NCBI RefSeq assembly: GCF_030684315.1
Contig: NC_081394.1
Coordinates: 5,612,163-5,676,162 of the forward strand
Reading direction: 5' to 3'
From: Stegostoma tigrinum
Taxonomy: Eukaryota
Length of the DNA stretch: 64,000 bases
The position numbers and the translations under genes were made by a program. The notes beneath the pieces are model-generated. The model did not search any database, had not been told where the DNA came from, and saw only the letters and a program-made list of their open reading frames with translations. Positions 46,601 to 58,267 of the stretch are shown piece by piece (the stretch's first letter is position 1; every line of letters starts with the position of its first letter).

Positions 46601-49600
46601 TATCAGTCACACAGTTCTCCTACCTCGGACACTGGTACTCAAGTGGGCTGGATTTAAACCGAGTATCCTGATTTCTTGCCTAGGTCACAGTCTAGTGATT
46701 TGACACAAACTGATTCAAGTAGCCAAGTAGGTCAGAGGGCAGTTAAGTATCAATCTGGTAAATGTGGGACTGGAGTCACATATGGAGCAAACCAGGCAAG
46801 GATAGCAGGTTTCTTTCCTTCAAGGGACCTGAGTCAACCACTTGGGGTTTTACAATAACCCAAAAGTTTCATGGTTACTTTTGTTGGAGCCAACTCTCTA
46901 TTTCCAATTTTTATTAATTAAGCCAATTTTAAATTCTGGAAGTGCCATGGTGAAATTTGAACTCTCATTCTCTGGATTATTAGTCCAGTAATATAGCCCC
47001 TGCATTAATCTCGCTGTAAAATTCAGTGATTAAATGCAGAATACCCGACTGAGGAACTGCTTACCTGTTACTGAGAGATGGACAAAATCAGTTTGCTCCA
47101 AATTATAGCCCACAGCTGCTCTCTTGTAAATGTAACACTTATACTCATCCTGGTCAGACTCCCTGAGGTCAGAGATCAGAAGTGACCAGTTGCCTTGTTC
47201 CAGTTGATCACTGAACAGATCTGTTCTGTTTCTGAATCTTGGGTGTTGGTCTGTCAAATCATTGTTCCCATCGATGAACTTCCATAAAATTTCATGCTCT
47301 GAAATGCCCCAGATTACCAGTAAATTGGAGACTGGGACAATCCTTTTGTAGGTACAGGGCAGCACAACCTGTTCCCCAAGGAACCCAGAAGCTGGGACAG
47401 GACAGTCACCTGGAAAAAAAGAGTGAAAGTATTTATCCACAGATATAGCCTCCCTGCTGGTACTTTACATCCCAAGCTTCACATGGATACATGGAGATGC
47501 TGGATTTAGAACATAGAACATAGAACATAGAACAGTACAGCACAGAACAGGCCCTTCAGCCCACAATGTTGTGCCGACCATTGATCCTCATGTATGCACC
47601 CTCAAATTTCTGTGACCATATACATGTCCAGCAGTCTCTTAAATGACCCCAACGACCTTGCTTCCACAACTGCTGTTGGCAACGCATTCCATGCTCTCAC
47701 AACTCTCTGCGTAAAGAACCTGCCTCTGACATCCCCTCTATACTTTCCACCAACCAGCTTAAAACTATGACCCCTCGTGCTAGCCATTTCTGCCCTGGGA
47801 AAGTCTCTGGCTATCAACTCTATCTATGCCTCTCATTATCTTGTATACCTCAATTAGGTCCCCTCTCCTCCTCCTTTTCTCCAATGAAAAGAAACCGAGC
47901 TCAGTCAACCTCTCTTTATAAGATAAGCCCTCCAGTCCAGGCAGCATCCTGGTAAACCTCCTCTGAACCCTCTCCAAAGCATCCACATCTTTCCTATAAT
48001 AGGGCGCCCAGAACTGGACGCAGTATTCCAAGTGCGGTCTAACCAAAGTTTTATAGAGCTGCAACAAGATCTCACGACTCTTAAACTCAATCCCCCTGTT
48101 AATGAAAGCCAAAACACCATATGCTTTCTTAACAACCCTGTCCACTTGGGTGGCCATTTTAAGGGATCTATGTATCTGCACACCAAGATCCCTCTGTTCC
48201 TCCACGCTGCCAAGAATCCTATCCTTAATCCTGTACTCAGCTTTCAAATTCGACCTTCCAAAATGCATCACCTCGCATTTATCCAGGTTGAACTCCATCT
48301 GCCACCTCTCAGCCCATCTCTGCATCCTGTCAATGTCCCGCTGCAGCCTACAACAGCCCTCTACACTGTCAACGACACCTCCGACCTTTGTGTCGTCTGC
48401 AAACTTGCTGACCCATCCTTCAATCCCCTCATCCAAGTCATTAATAAAAATTACAAACAGTAGAGGCCCAAGGACAGAGCCCTGTGGAACCCCACTCACC
48501 ACTGACTTCCAGGCAGAATATTTTCCTTCTACTACCACTCGCTGTCTTCTGTTGGCCAGCCAATTCTGTATCCAAGCAGCTAAGTTCCCCTGTATCCAAT
48601 TCCTCCTGACCTTCTGAATGAGCCTACCATGGGGAACCTTATCAAATGCCTTACTGAAGTCCATATACACCACATCCACAGCTCGAACCTCATCAACTTT
48701 TCTAGTCACATCTTCAAAAAACTCTATAAGGTTTGTAAGGCATGACCTACCCCTCACAAAGCCGTGTTGACTGTATTTGATCAAGCCATGCTTTCAGATG
48801 GTCATAAATCTTATCCCTCAGAATCCTTTCTAACACCTTGCAGACGACAGACGTGAGACTTACTGGTCTATAATTGCCGGGGATTTCCCTATTTCCTTTC
48901 TTGAAGGGAGGAATTACATTTGCCTCTCTCCAGTCCTCAGGTACGACTCCAGTGGAGAGCGAGGATGCAAAGATCTTCGCAAGTGGCGAAGCAATTGCAT
49001 TTCTCGCTTCCCAAAGCAGCCGAGGACAAATCTGGTCCGGGCCTGGCGACTTGTCAATCTTAATGTTTGACAAAATTTTCAGCACATCAGCTTCCTCTAT
49101 CTCTATCCATTCCAGCATGCACACCTGCTCTTCAAAGGTTTCATTCACTACAAAGTTCGTTTCTCTCGTAAAGACAGAAGCAAAAAACTCATTTAGGGCT
49201 TCCCCTACCTCCTCAGGCTCCACACACAAGTTCCCTATGCTATCCCTGATCGGCCCTACTCTTTCTTTGATCATTCTCTTATTCCTCACATAAGTGTAAA
49301 ATGCCTTTGTGTTTTCCCGGATTCCTTCTGCCAAGCCTTTCTCGTGCCCCCTCCTAGCTCTCCTCAGACCATTTTTGAGCTCCTTCCTTGCCTGCATGTA
49401 ATCCTCTCTAGCTGAACTTGACCCTAGCTTCCTCCACCTTATGTAAGCTACCTTCTTCCTTTTCACAAGAAGCTCCACCGCTCTCGTCATCCAAGGTTCC
49501 TTTATCTTACCCCTTTTTGCCTGTCTCAGAGGGACATATTTACTCATCACTCCCAACAACTGTTCCTTAAACAGTCTCCACATGTCTATAGTTCCCTTAC

Positions 49601-52600
49601 CATGGAACAACTGCTCCCAGTCCATGCTTCCTAACTCATGTCTAATCGCATCATAGTTTCCTCTTCCCCAATTAAATATCCTCCCATTTTGCCTAAGCCT
49701 CTCCTTCTCCATAGCTATGTAGAATGTGAGGAAGTTATGGTCACTATCACCAAAATGCTCTCCCACCACAAGATCTGATACCTGCCCCGGCTCGTTTCCG
49801 AGCACCAAGTCTAGAATGGCCTCTCCCCTCGTCGGCCTGTCAACGTACTGCGTTAGGAAACCCTCCTGAACACACCTTACAAATACAGCTCCATTCAAAT
49901 CTTCTGCTCGAAGGAGGTTCCAATCAATATTAGGAAAGTTAAAGTCACCCATTACAACAACCCTACTGCGTCCATACTTTTCCAAAATCTGCCGACCTAT
50001 GCTTTCTTCAATCTCCCTGCTGCTATTGGGGGGCCTGTAGTAAACCCCTAACGAGGTGACTACTCCCTTGCTGTTCCTAATTTCCACCCATACTGACTCG
50101 GTAGGCAGATCTTCCTCGACAATGGAAGCTTCTGTCGCTGTGATACCCTCTCTGATTAGTAGTGCTACACCCCCTCCTCTTTTTCCCCCCTCCCTATTCT
50201 TTTTAAATGCTCTAAACCCTGGAAGATCCAGCAACCATTCCTGCCCCTGAGAAACCCATGTCTCTGTTATGGCCACAACATCATAGCACCAGGTACTGAT
50301 CCATGCTCTAAGTTCATCACTTTTATTCCTGATACTCCTTGCATTAAAGCAAACACACTTTAACCGATCCCTTGGTTCCTTCCCAGGAAAATCCTTCCCA
50401 CTAGCTGGTCTACCTCTTGCTACTGCCTCACCTGCATCAACGCTCACCTCTGGTATACAGCTCAGGTTCCCACCCCCCTGCCATACTAGTTTAAACCCTC
50501 TCGAACTACTCGAGCAAACCTTCCACCCAGGACATTGGTCCCCTTCCAGTTCAGATGCAACCCGTCCTTCTTGTACACGTCCCACCTTCCCCAGAAGGCA
50601 TCCCAATTATCTACATATCTGAAGCCCTCCCTCCTACACCAGCTGCGTAGCCACATGTTAAGCTGCGCCCACTCCCTGTTCCTCACCTCGCTACCTCGTG
50701 GCACCGGTAGTAAACCAGAGAACACTACTCTGTTCGTCCTGCTCTGCAGCTTCCATCCTAACTCCCTGAAATCACTTTTTATATCCTCAATCCTATTTCT
50801 GGCTATATCATTTGTGCCAATATGTAACACAATTTCTGGCTGTTCGCCCTCCCCTTTTAGAACCTTATACACCCGAAGCTCTGATCAGTAACTCACTGCT
50901 TCATTTATATGAAAAGATTAACGGTCAGGCATTAAGGGACTTCAACTAACAAGCATTTTGTGCTAGATATCTGTAAACACAGAGCAGCTAGACAGCACTT
51001 TGAATCACATGTTTTCTATTTTACATACGATGGAGAACATCTCAAGACAGCCGTTAGCTCCCATTGATAGAAACTGTACATTTTTCATCCCTGTATTTAA
51101 AGAGAGGGTATACTGGATAGGATAGAGGCTGTTCAAAAGAGATTCACAAAGCTGTTTCCTGGGATGAAGAGGGTGACTTATGAAGGATGGCTAAACAAGT
51201 TAGGCCTTTATCCATCAGATTTTAAAATGAAGCATGATCTTAGTGGAACAAAGAAAATTCTGAGGGGGTTTGAAAGGGTAGATAATGAAGAGATGTTTCC
51301 ACTAGTGGGAGAATAGGGTGCATAGATACATAACAAGGGACATTCATTAAACTGAGAGGGTCATAGAATCATACAGTACAGAAGAGGCCCTTCAGCCTAT
51401 TGAGTCTGCACTGAGTTATCTGCATTAATCTCATTTTCCAGTACTTGGCTCACAGCTTGGAGTATTATGACATTTCAAATGTTCATCAAGTAATGTTTGA
51501 AGGTTGAGAGATTTTCCACCTCAACTACCCTCCTAAACAATGAATTCCAGGATCCCACCATCTTCTGCATGAAAACAAATTCCCTCTAGAACCTCCTGTT
51601 CTTCACCTTAAAATTATACCCCCTTGGTATTGCCCCTAAGGGGAACAGCATCTTCCTCCCCCTTCTGTCCATGTCCCCCAAACTTATACACCTCTGTCAA
51701 GTCTCCTTCAACCCTCTCTGTCTAAAGAAAACAATTCAAGCTTATCCAGCATCGCTTCACAGCTAAACTGCACCATCCCAGGAAATATTCTCATGACTCT
51801 ATATCACGGTGAATCTTCCCTGCACCCAGTCCAGTGCAATCACATCCTTGGAGGTTTTGGAGTACATTTGTAGCTCGGGATGTGGGTGTTGTGATTGGTT
51901 GTCCTGCGGAGCTGGTTTGTTGTTCCACAGACATTACATTACCCTGCTGGGTAACATCCTCAGTGCAGCTTCTGATGAAGCACCAGTGTGTTTTCCCACC
52001 TGGTTTTTAAACTCTGGCATCCGTTGAGCTGGATTGCCTCACTTCCAGGTTTCCTTCATAGTGGAGCGTATATGGGGTCGAGTTCTATGCGTTTACTGAT
52101 GGCTCTCTTTGTCAAGTACCAGGCTTCTAGGAATTCCCATGCCTGTCTCTGCTTTGCTTATCCCAGGATTTTGATGTTGTCCCAGCCGAATTTGAGATTC
52201 TCTTTATCCACGTGGATAGAGATGAGTGAGTATCGGTTGTGCCTTTTTTGTAGCCAGTTGGTGTTCCCTTGTTGTTAGTTTCCTTCCTGCTTGTCCGACG
52301 TACTGTTTCTCACGGTCTCTGCAGGTCATCTTATAGATGACATTGGGTCCTGTCCTTAGTAGGGAGTGGGTCTTTGGTTTGGGTGAGCAGTTGTTGTAAG
52401 GTTGATATAGATTTGTGTGCCATTCTGATGTCCAGTGGTCGTAGAAGTCTTGTGGTTAGTTCCGATGTGTTCCTGATGTAAGGCAGCGTGATAACTGCTT
52501 CTGGGTGTGTAGTATCTTCCTGATGTTGTTCACGTAAGCATCTTCTGACCCAGTTTTTCTGGATATCCATTATCTTTGAAAGCCTGAAAGAGGTATTCTT

Positions 52601-55562
52601 CTTCCTCCTGGCGTTGTCCCGTGTTGCTGCAATGTGTTGTTGCCCTTTTAAATAGCGTTCGCACACAGCTTCGTTTGTGTGTGTTAGGATGGTTACTGTT
52701 GAAGTTCAGTATCTGGTCTGTGTGTGTAGCATTTCTGAGTATTTTGTTTGGAATTCTCTCTTTGCCCTGCGCTGTACCATGACATCCAGGAATGGGAGCT
52801 GTTTGTTCTTCTCCTCCTCTCTGGTGAATTTTATTCCAGTGAGGGTGTTGTTTATGAGTTTGCGTGTCTCCTCTAGTTTGGTCCACTTAATGATGACAAA
52901 GGTGTTGTCCACATAGCGTGTCCATAGTCTTGGTTGGATTAGCGGAAGGGCTGTACTTTCCAGTCTTTGCATCACTGCCTCGGCTATAAGTCTGCAGATA
53001 GGTGATCCCATGAATGTCCTGTTGATTTGTTTATAATGTTTGGCTGTTGAAAGTGAAGTGGGTGGTGAGGCATAGGTCCAGTAGTACTGGATAATACAAA
53101 CTTATAAACAACACCCTCACATTTCAGCTACATTGTTTTGCCAGTTAATCAAGAGCTCCAGTTCACATGATGCCTGTTAAACCAAATTTGCTGTATTTCT
53201 ATAACTGGGATTGTAATAGGACCTTAAAGCAAGATGAATTCCTGATTCCCCACCACCAGCCTTTGATCGCTGCTGAAATATCCCTGCAGTCACAGCACTG
53301 ACCTGAAATAGCAGAAATTACAGTCAGCAGCACGAACAGTACTCTTTGGGAGATGTATCTCTGCAACAAGAAAACATAGTTAAACTCTTTACAACAGATT
53401 TTTGCTGGCACGTTCTTGCTCCACCATCTCCCCCAGCCTATCCCTTTGTAATCAGATCACCGGGGTGAAGGAAGCAGAGCTGAGAGGGGATGGTGACAGG
53501 TCTCATGATCTGTAGGAGCGAGTCCCCGTTTCTGGAAACAGACACTGCAATGGGAAGGAAGGGGCAGGATCACGTTACCACGGTGTTTCTTCACGTGGAA
53601 ACCGGTTATTGATAACGAGCGAAATTGGGGAGAGGATTGGTTGTTAAGGAGACCGGATCTATCAGTGTGGAGGAAGGAATGAAACTACAAGGAAAAACAA
53701 CCGGTCAAATCAGTCAATAAATAGCAGCTAATGATTAGCACTGTCCAAGTTTACACACACACACAGAGTCTCCGGTAGAAATCACTATTTATCGACCCCC
53801 CCCCCCCCGGATCTTATCTGTCTGTCCTTTGCACTCCCCAGTGCCTTCCCTCACCACTCCGCGTCTGTTCTCCAACTCCACCAGACGCTCGGGGTGGTGA
53901 GGAATCAGTAACGGTTCAGACACCCCAGAAGTCCCTTCCCTTCACCACCGATCTCCCACGTCCCGTAATCGGAGAGAAGGTGCTGGGAATGAGTGGTGGT
54001 ATGGGAGACACACACACAATTATTTTTCCACACAAAACTCGAATTGAACACGAAACGTTAACTCTCTCCCTATTCGGCAGCACTTTCTGTTTCACTTTCC
54101 TCGAAGCTTTGTTTCCTATGATAATATCCTTACGGGAACTGCCGTTAGGCAAGTACGTGCAGCTGAGATAACGAGGTGTGGAACCTGGATGAACACAGCA
54201 GGCCAAGCGGCGTCAGAGGAGCAGGAAGGCTGATGTTTCGGGTCTGGAGGAACTGTCTGTATTCTGCAGGAAATGCTACACTTGTCCCCACACCTCCTCC
54301 CTCACCCCCATCCCAGGCCCCAAGATGATTTTCCATATTAAGCAGAGGTTCACCTGCACATCTGCCAATGTGGTATACTGCATCCACTGTACCCGGTGCG
54401 GCTTCCTCTACATTGGGGAAACCAAGCGGAGGCTTGGGGACCGCTTTGCAGAACACCTCCGCTCGGTTCGCAATAAACAACTGCACCTCCCAGCCGCAAA
54501 CCATTTCCACTCCCCCTCCCATTCTCTTGATGACATGTCCATCATGGGCCTCCTGCACTGCCACAATGATGCCACCCGAAGGTTGCAGGAACAGCAACTC
54601 ATATTCCGCCTGGGAACCCTGCAGCCATACGGTATCAATGTGGACTTCACCAGTTTCAAAATCTCCCCTTCCCCCACCGCATCCCAAAACCAGCCCAGCT
54701 CGTCCCCTCCCCCCACTGCACCACACAACCAGCCCAGCTCTCCCCCCCCCCCCCAAAAACCAGTCCAATCTGTCCCTGCCTCCCTAACCTGTTCTTCCTC
54801 TCACCCATCCCTTCCTCCCACCCCAAGCCGCACCCCCAGCTACCTACTAACCTCATCCCACCTCCTTGACCTGTCCGTCTTCCCTGGACTGACCTATCCC
54901 CTCCCTACCTCCCCACCTACACTCTCTCCACCTATCTTCTTTTCTCTCCATCTTCGGTCCGCCTCCCCCTCTCTCCCTATTTATTCCAGTTCCCTCTCCC
55001 CATCCCCCTCTCTGATGAAGGGTCTAGGCCCGAAACGTCAGCTTTTGTGCTGCTGAGATGCTGCTTGGCCTGCTGTGTTCATCCAGCCTCACAGTTTGTT
55101 ATCTTGTCTGTATTCTGTACTCGGGTCTGTGTTCAGAGGAAGGGTCACCGGACCCGAAGCGTTAACTCTGTTTTCTACTTCACAGGTGCTGCCAGACCCA
55201 CTGAGCTTTTCCTGCAACTTTGTTTTTGTTCCTAACTTACAGCATTCACAGTTCTTTCGGTTTTTGTTTTGGGTCTGGACCTTTCATTTCTGAAGAAGGG
55301 TCCAGACCTGAAACCTCAACTTTCCGGCTCTTCTGACGCCGCTTGGCCTGCTGTGTACATCCAGCTCTACACCTTGTTATCCCAGATTCTCCAGCGTCCA
55401 GCGACAGGTTTTCATTTTACAGGAGGTGCTAACTGTAAAGGTTTACAGCTTTTGAGTTTAGTTTCACTTTAATGGTGCGAATAGTAACGTTTATGGAGAC
55501 TGGTGCAGGATCTGCATTCCCACTCTGGCTACTATTCCTACCTCCATCTGATTTCTGTCCAT
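43468..55562 (-). CDS. Gene C: intact six-exon single-IgV type I membrane protein (B7/butyrophilin/MOG-like V domain), 244 aa; join complement(55542-55562,53303-53360,47065-47409,45740-45778,45278-45374,43468-43642)
   Basis: All introns are GT-AG with compatible phases (0,1,1,1,2). Total 735 nt = 244 aa + TAA with no internal stop: MDRNQME/RYISQRVLFVLLTVISAISG/DCPVPASGFLGEQVVLPC...EYKCYIY...VHLSVT/ERAPTPVPNTPVP/DTGLSHGELTAIIYAVFFVGIYVAVIAQSLIK/RNCIENQCC...GEQNLLGNGAVQL*. Confidence 0.82.
43827..44501 (-). mobile_element. Penelope-like 3' fragment in gene C intron 5
   Basis: GIY-YIG C-terminus; intact hammerhead core at 43891-43918; TATAATTCTATATA duplicated on both sides. Confidence 0.9.
45278..45374 (-). 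CDS. Gene C transmembrane exon
   Basis: ctgtctctag| 97 bp |gtgagt, phase 1-2; hydrophobic LTAIIYAVFFVGIYVAVIAQSLI followed by KR. Confidence 0.85.
45740..45778 (-). CDS. Gene C Pro/Thr-rich stalk micro-exon (ERAPTPVPNTPVP)
   Basis: ttttctttag| 39 bp |gtaaat, phase 1-1; internal ACACCTGTACC duplication. Confidence 0.75.
47065..47409 (-). CDS. Gene C IgV (V-set) exon, B7/BTN-like
   Basis: 345 bp phase 1-1 exon (ttttccag|...ACAG|gtaagc). B-strand VVLPC, C-strand W, B7-type 'Q.PRFRNRT.LF..QL..GNWSL.IS.L..SD..EY.C'; sequons NRT and NWS. Confidence 0.93.
47507..50875 (-). mobile_element. Near-full-length CR1 LINE: 3' part of ORF1 (SGNH esterase) plus ORF2 (APE endonuclease and RT)
   Basis: ORF1 'LHIGTND...DGLHL'. 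ORF2 'CFNARSIRNK...ITETW...GDFN...SDH' and '[10 protein letters not shown]...KFADDTK'; frameshifts near 48790 and 47800; (TAGAACA)n tail at 47507-47535. Confidence 0.95.
51090..51848. mobile_element. Two old CR1 3' remnants in opposite orientation
   Basis: Degenerate CR1 C-terminal similarity (+ about 51090-51360; - about 51361-51848). Confidence 0.55.
51848..53085 (-). mobile_element. Penelope-like element (Poseidon type) remnant
   Basis: MGSPI..LIAEAVMQRLE, WTRYVD.TF, LPFLDV. Confidence 0.88.
53303..53360 (-). CDS. Gene C signal-peptide exon (RYISQRVLFVLLTVISAISG)
   Basis: Acceptor ttttcttgttgcag, donor CAG|gtcagt, 58 bp phase 0-1, hydrophobic core. Splice context is homologous to 8787 and 16893. 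Confidence 0.8.
54166..55102 (+). mobile_element. Penelope-like GIY-YIG/3' fragment with inverted 5' terminal segment, in gene C intron 1
   Basis: ORF 54325 carries an intact GIY-YIG; hammerhead core at 55012-55039. Confidence 0.9.
55012..55039 (+). ncRNA. Minimal hammerhead ribozyme motif in the PLE terminus (intact copies also at 3351-3378, 7196-7223, 6818-6845 and 43891-43918, all minus)
   Basis: CUGAUGA-A-GGGU(CUAG)GCCC-GAAA-CGUC: conserved core boxes, 4-bp stem II, palindromic ACGU stem III and GUC cleavage triplet; stem I is short. Confidence 0.7.
55542..55562 (-). CDS. Gene C exon 1 coding part (MDRNQME)
   Basis: gaaATGG Kozak context with an in-frame TGA just upstream. Donor GAG|gtagga is phase 0, matching exon 2. 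Confidence 0.6.
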
Positions 55563-55727
55563 TTCAGCTCAGGCTGGAAACACGGTTAGAGCCGCCGAAC
55601 AGCACGGACGCGAAACATCTTGGAGCAGCTTAAACTCCAAACGAATAGACGACGAACCACAAACTTATACATGTATCAGGTACAAAGTCTACTCGTCACA
55701 GCGAGAGGTTCCCACTCCGGCACTTAT

Positions 55728-55737
55728 TTTCAGTTTC
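55728..55737 (-). promoter_or_regulatory. ISRE/IRF-type element (GAAACTGAAA) upstream of gene C
   Basis: Exact GAAANNGAAA about 165 bp upstream of the proposed ATG, in a locally CpG-containing region. Confidence 0.45.
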
Positions 55738-57183
55738 GGACGTTGTTTGTAAGCACTTTTCAGACTGACCCACCTTGTAAAGGGGGGTGGTAGGGGATGT
55801 ATCAGTCACTTGTGCCTTCCTCCCTCTCCCCTCCCAATCTCTCCATCCGCTCTTGTTAACTGTCCCCATTTGTTTCAATTCAATCTCTTCAGGGGAAAAA
55901 CAGCTTTGACCCAGCTTTCCCCCCCACAGATGCTGTACCGGGATTCCTAACCCCCCCCTCTCTCTCTCTGTGGGCATGGGAGAGCCCAGAATCTTGCCTG
56001 GGCTACAAGTAACCTTTGTACAGAATGAGAACCCAAGCGGTTACCGTCATCATCAGTTATCGCCTCAGGGGCTTTTACAGCACAGCAGGAGATCATTCGG
56101 GCCATCGAGCCTTTATCGGTGGAGTAATGAAAGACTGTCCCACATCCAGAAATTGTAAACAAACGAAATTCATGAACCTAAAGAGGAAATAAGAACAGCA
56201 TAGGTATGGCATTTGAGATAACGGGAACTGCAGATGCTGGAGAATTCCAAGATAATAAAGTGTGAAGCTGGATGAACACAGCAGGCCAAGCAGCATCTCA
56301 GGAGCACAAAAGCTGACGTTTCGGGCCTAGACCCTTCATCACAGCTGCTGCCAGAGCTGCCGAATTTCTCCAGCACTTTCTAATTGTATGCATTTGTGAG
56401 AGATTGGCGTGCTGGCTGGCCACCCATTTATTTATTGGCTATCCCTAGTTGCTTTATTTTTGTTTGAGATCTCCAGTTCTGCTGTTTTTTGTTTTGTTCG
56501 TGACTCTTCCACACAGCGAGTAGCAAATGCACTGCCTCTAAATGTGCTGGAAGCAGTTTCATTTGAGGGATTGATTTTTTTTGGACAGGAATGTGATTCA
56601 GGGATAGGCGAAAAGGCAGGAGGTAGGCACAGTAGGAACAAAAATAAAGTTGCTGGAAAAGCTCAGCAGGTCTGGCAGCATCTGCGAACGGAAAAAAAGT
56701 TAACGTTTCGGGTCCAGTGGCCCTGCCTCAGAACTAGTTTACAGAATCTGCGGTTCTTTCGGTTTTTAAGTCGGCACAATAGGACGAATAGACAAATAGC
56801 ACCGTAGTAATTCTTAACATTTAGCATCCTGTCAGCTCAGTAACCACTCAACCGGAAATCAAATGATCAATAATATTTACCCCACACTCGGGATCACATT
56901 ATCTTGTTTCAGTTCACTGAATTGAATTTTCAACCACCAACCTTTCTCCTGTCTGTACAGCAACCCTATTTCTGTTGAAATTTTGTGTCCCAAATTCTGA
57001 TCACACTGCACCCATACCCATCTTGTTCACACTCTTGTTGATCCCCCTCGTTTTGAAACTTCATATATAGGGTCTGGACATTACTGTCCAGCCTGTCCGG
57101 TGTAGCCCAGAAGGCAGTTTAGAGTCAACCACATAGCTGAGAGTCTGGAATCACATGTAACCGGAGACTAGGTAAAGACAGCA

Positions 57184-57390
57184 GGCGGCACGGTGGCTCA
57201 GTGGTTGGCACTGCAGCCTCACAGCGCCAGGGAGCCGGGTTCGATTCCCGCCTCGGGCGACAGTCTGTGTGGAGTTTGCACATTCTCCCCATGTCTGCGT
57301 GGGTTTCCTACCACAGTCCAAAGATGTGCAGGCGAGGTGGATTGGCCATGCTAAATTACCAGTAGTGTTCAGGGGTGTGTGGGTTATAGG
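57184..57390 (+). mobile_element. HE1-like tRNA-derived V-SINE
   Basis: A box TGGCTCAGTGG, B box GGTTCGATTCC, V-domain TGTGTGGAGTTTGCACATTCTCCCC. Confidence 0.88.
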
Positions 57391-58267
57391 TTTTCAATAA
57401 TCCCCTCCCCATTTACTCAGACTAATTAAATCTTGCTATTTGGAAACAACAAACATGCATGGGATTGTTTGGGAGTTTCTGAGCAGCTTTCTTTGGTCAA
57501 CTTTGAAATTTCCCCACATTGTGCCAAAACAGCTTCTCCTCTGAAGTCAACAATAATGCAAGTGCGTGCTCCTGGCAAATTGGTGATCCAGTGCTAAGGG
57601 TGGGAGAGGGGTAAGGAACAGGAATTAAGGCTCTCCTTCTGTACAGTGTGGGTGACACTGTGTCCAAATCTGGTGCTGACCCAGCTCTCGGTCCTTGGAA
57701 AGGACCTGCAGATACTTTTACTGTCAATATCTTCCACCGAGGGACAGAGAGAGAGGGGGGACTCTTGGGAAAACTCTCCCTCATCACCTCCAGCACTCAC
57801 CTCTTTGCTCAGGGGAACAGATGGAACTGGGTAAATGGGTTCTATTAACAGGGCTTACAAGTCAACAGCGTTTGGGAGTGAGGCAAAAAAGGGGCAGGAT
57901 AGGAAAGTAAGATTGGAAGAGTGGGGAGGGACACAGGAAGAAAACCAGCAAGAGTGAGGAGAGGGGGGTGGGAGACAAATTGGGAATGGAAATCGGGGGA
58001 GTGGGAACACAGGATAGTAGAAGGATTCAGAGACTGGAGAGGAGACAAGGATGGGGCTGGGTAGACAGGGAAAGGGATCAGGGAGAATGGAGGGGCAGTG
58101 GATGAAGGTGGGGTTGGGAGCTCAGTAGAATTGACGCAGACAGTGGACTAGACTACAGGTGGAGAAATGGTTGGGACAGGGCAGGAAGTGTTTGGGGTGT
58201 GAAGGAAGAAAGCACAGTGAAAGGAAGGAGATTGTCTTGAACAGCATGATAGGGTCTGGCTGGAGAA

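Noticed and set aside
47065-47409. Rearranging Ig/TCR V segment
   Set aside because: The exon contains its own G strand and ends in a splice donor; no heptamer/nonamer RSS follows; motifs are B7/BTN-like
43468-55562. Assigning a symbol such as CD276, VTCN1, HHLA2 or MOG
   Set aside because: Single-V architecture and tail do not match these genes; orthology cannot be established without a phylogeny
2950-56345. Recurrent approximately 100-bp repeats as a CRISPR-like array
   Set aside because: Dispersed, both orientations, identical to PLE termini, eukaryotic context
57184-57255. tRNA-like A/B boxes
   Set aside because: Head of an HE1-type SINE continuing into the V-domain, not a tRNA gene
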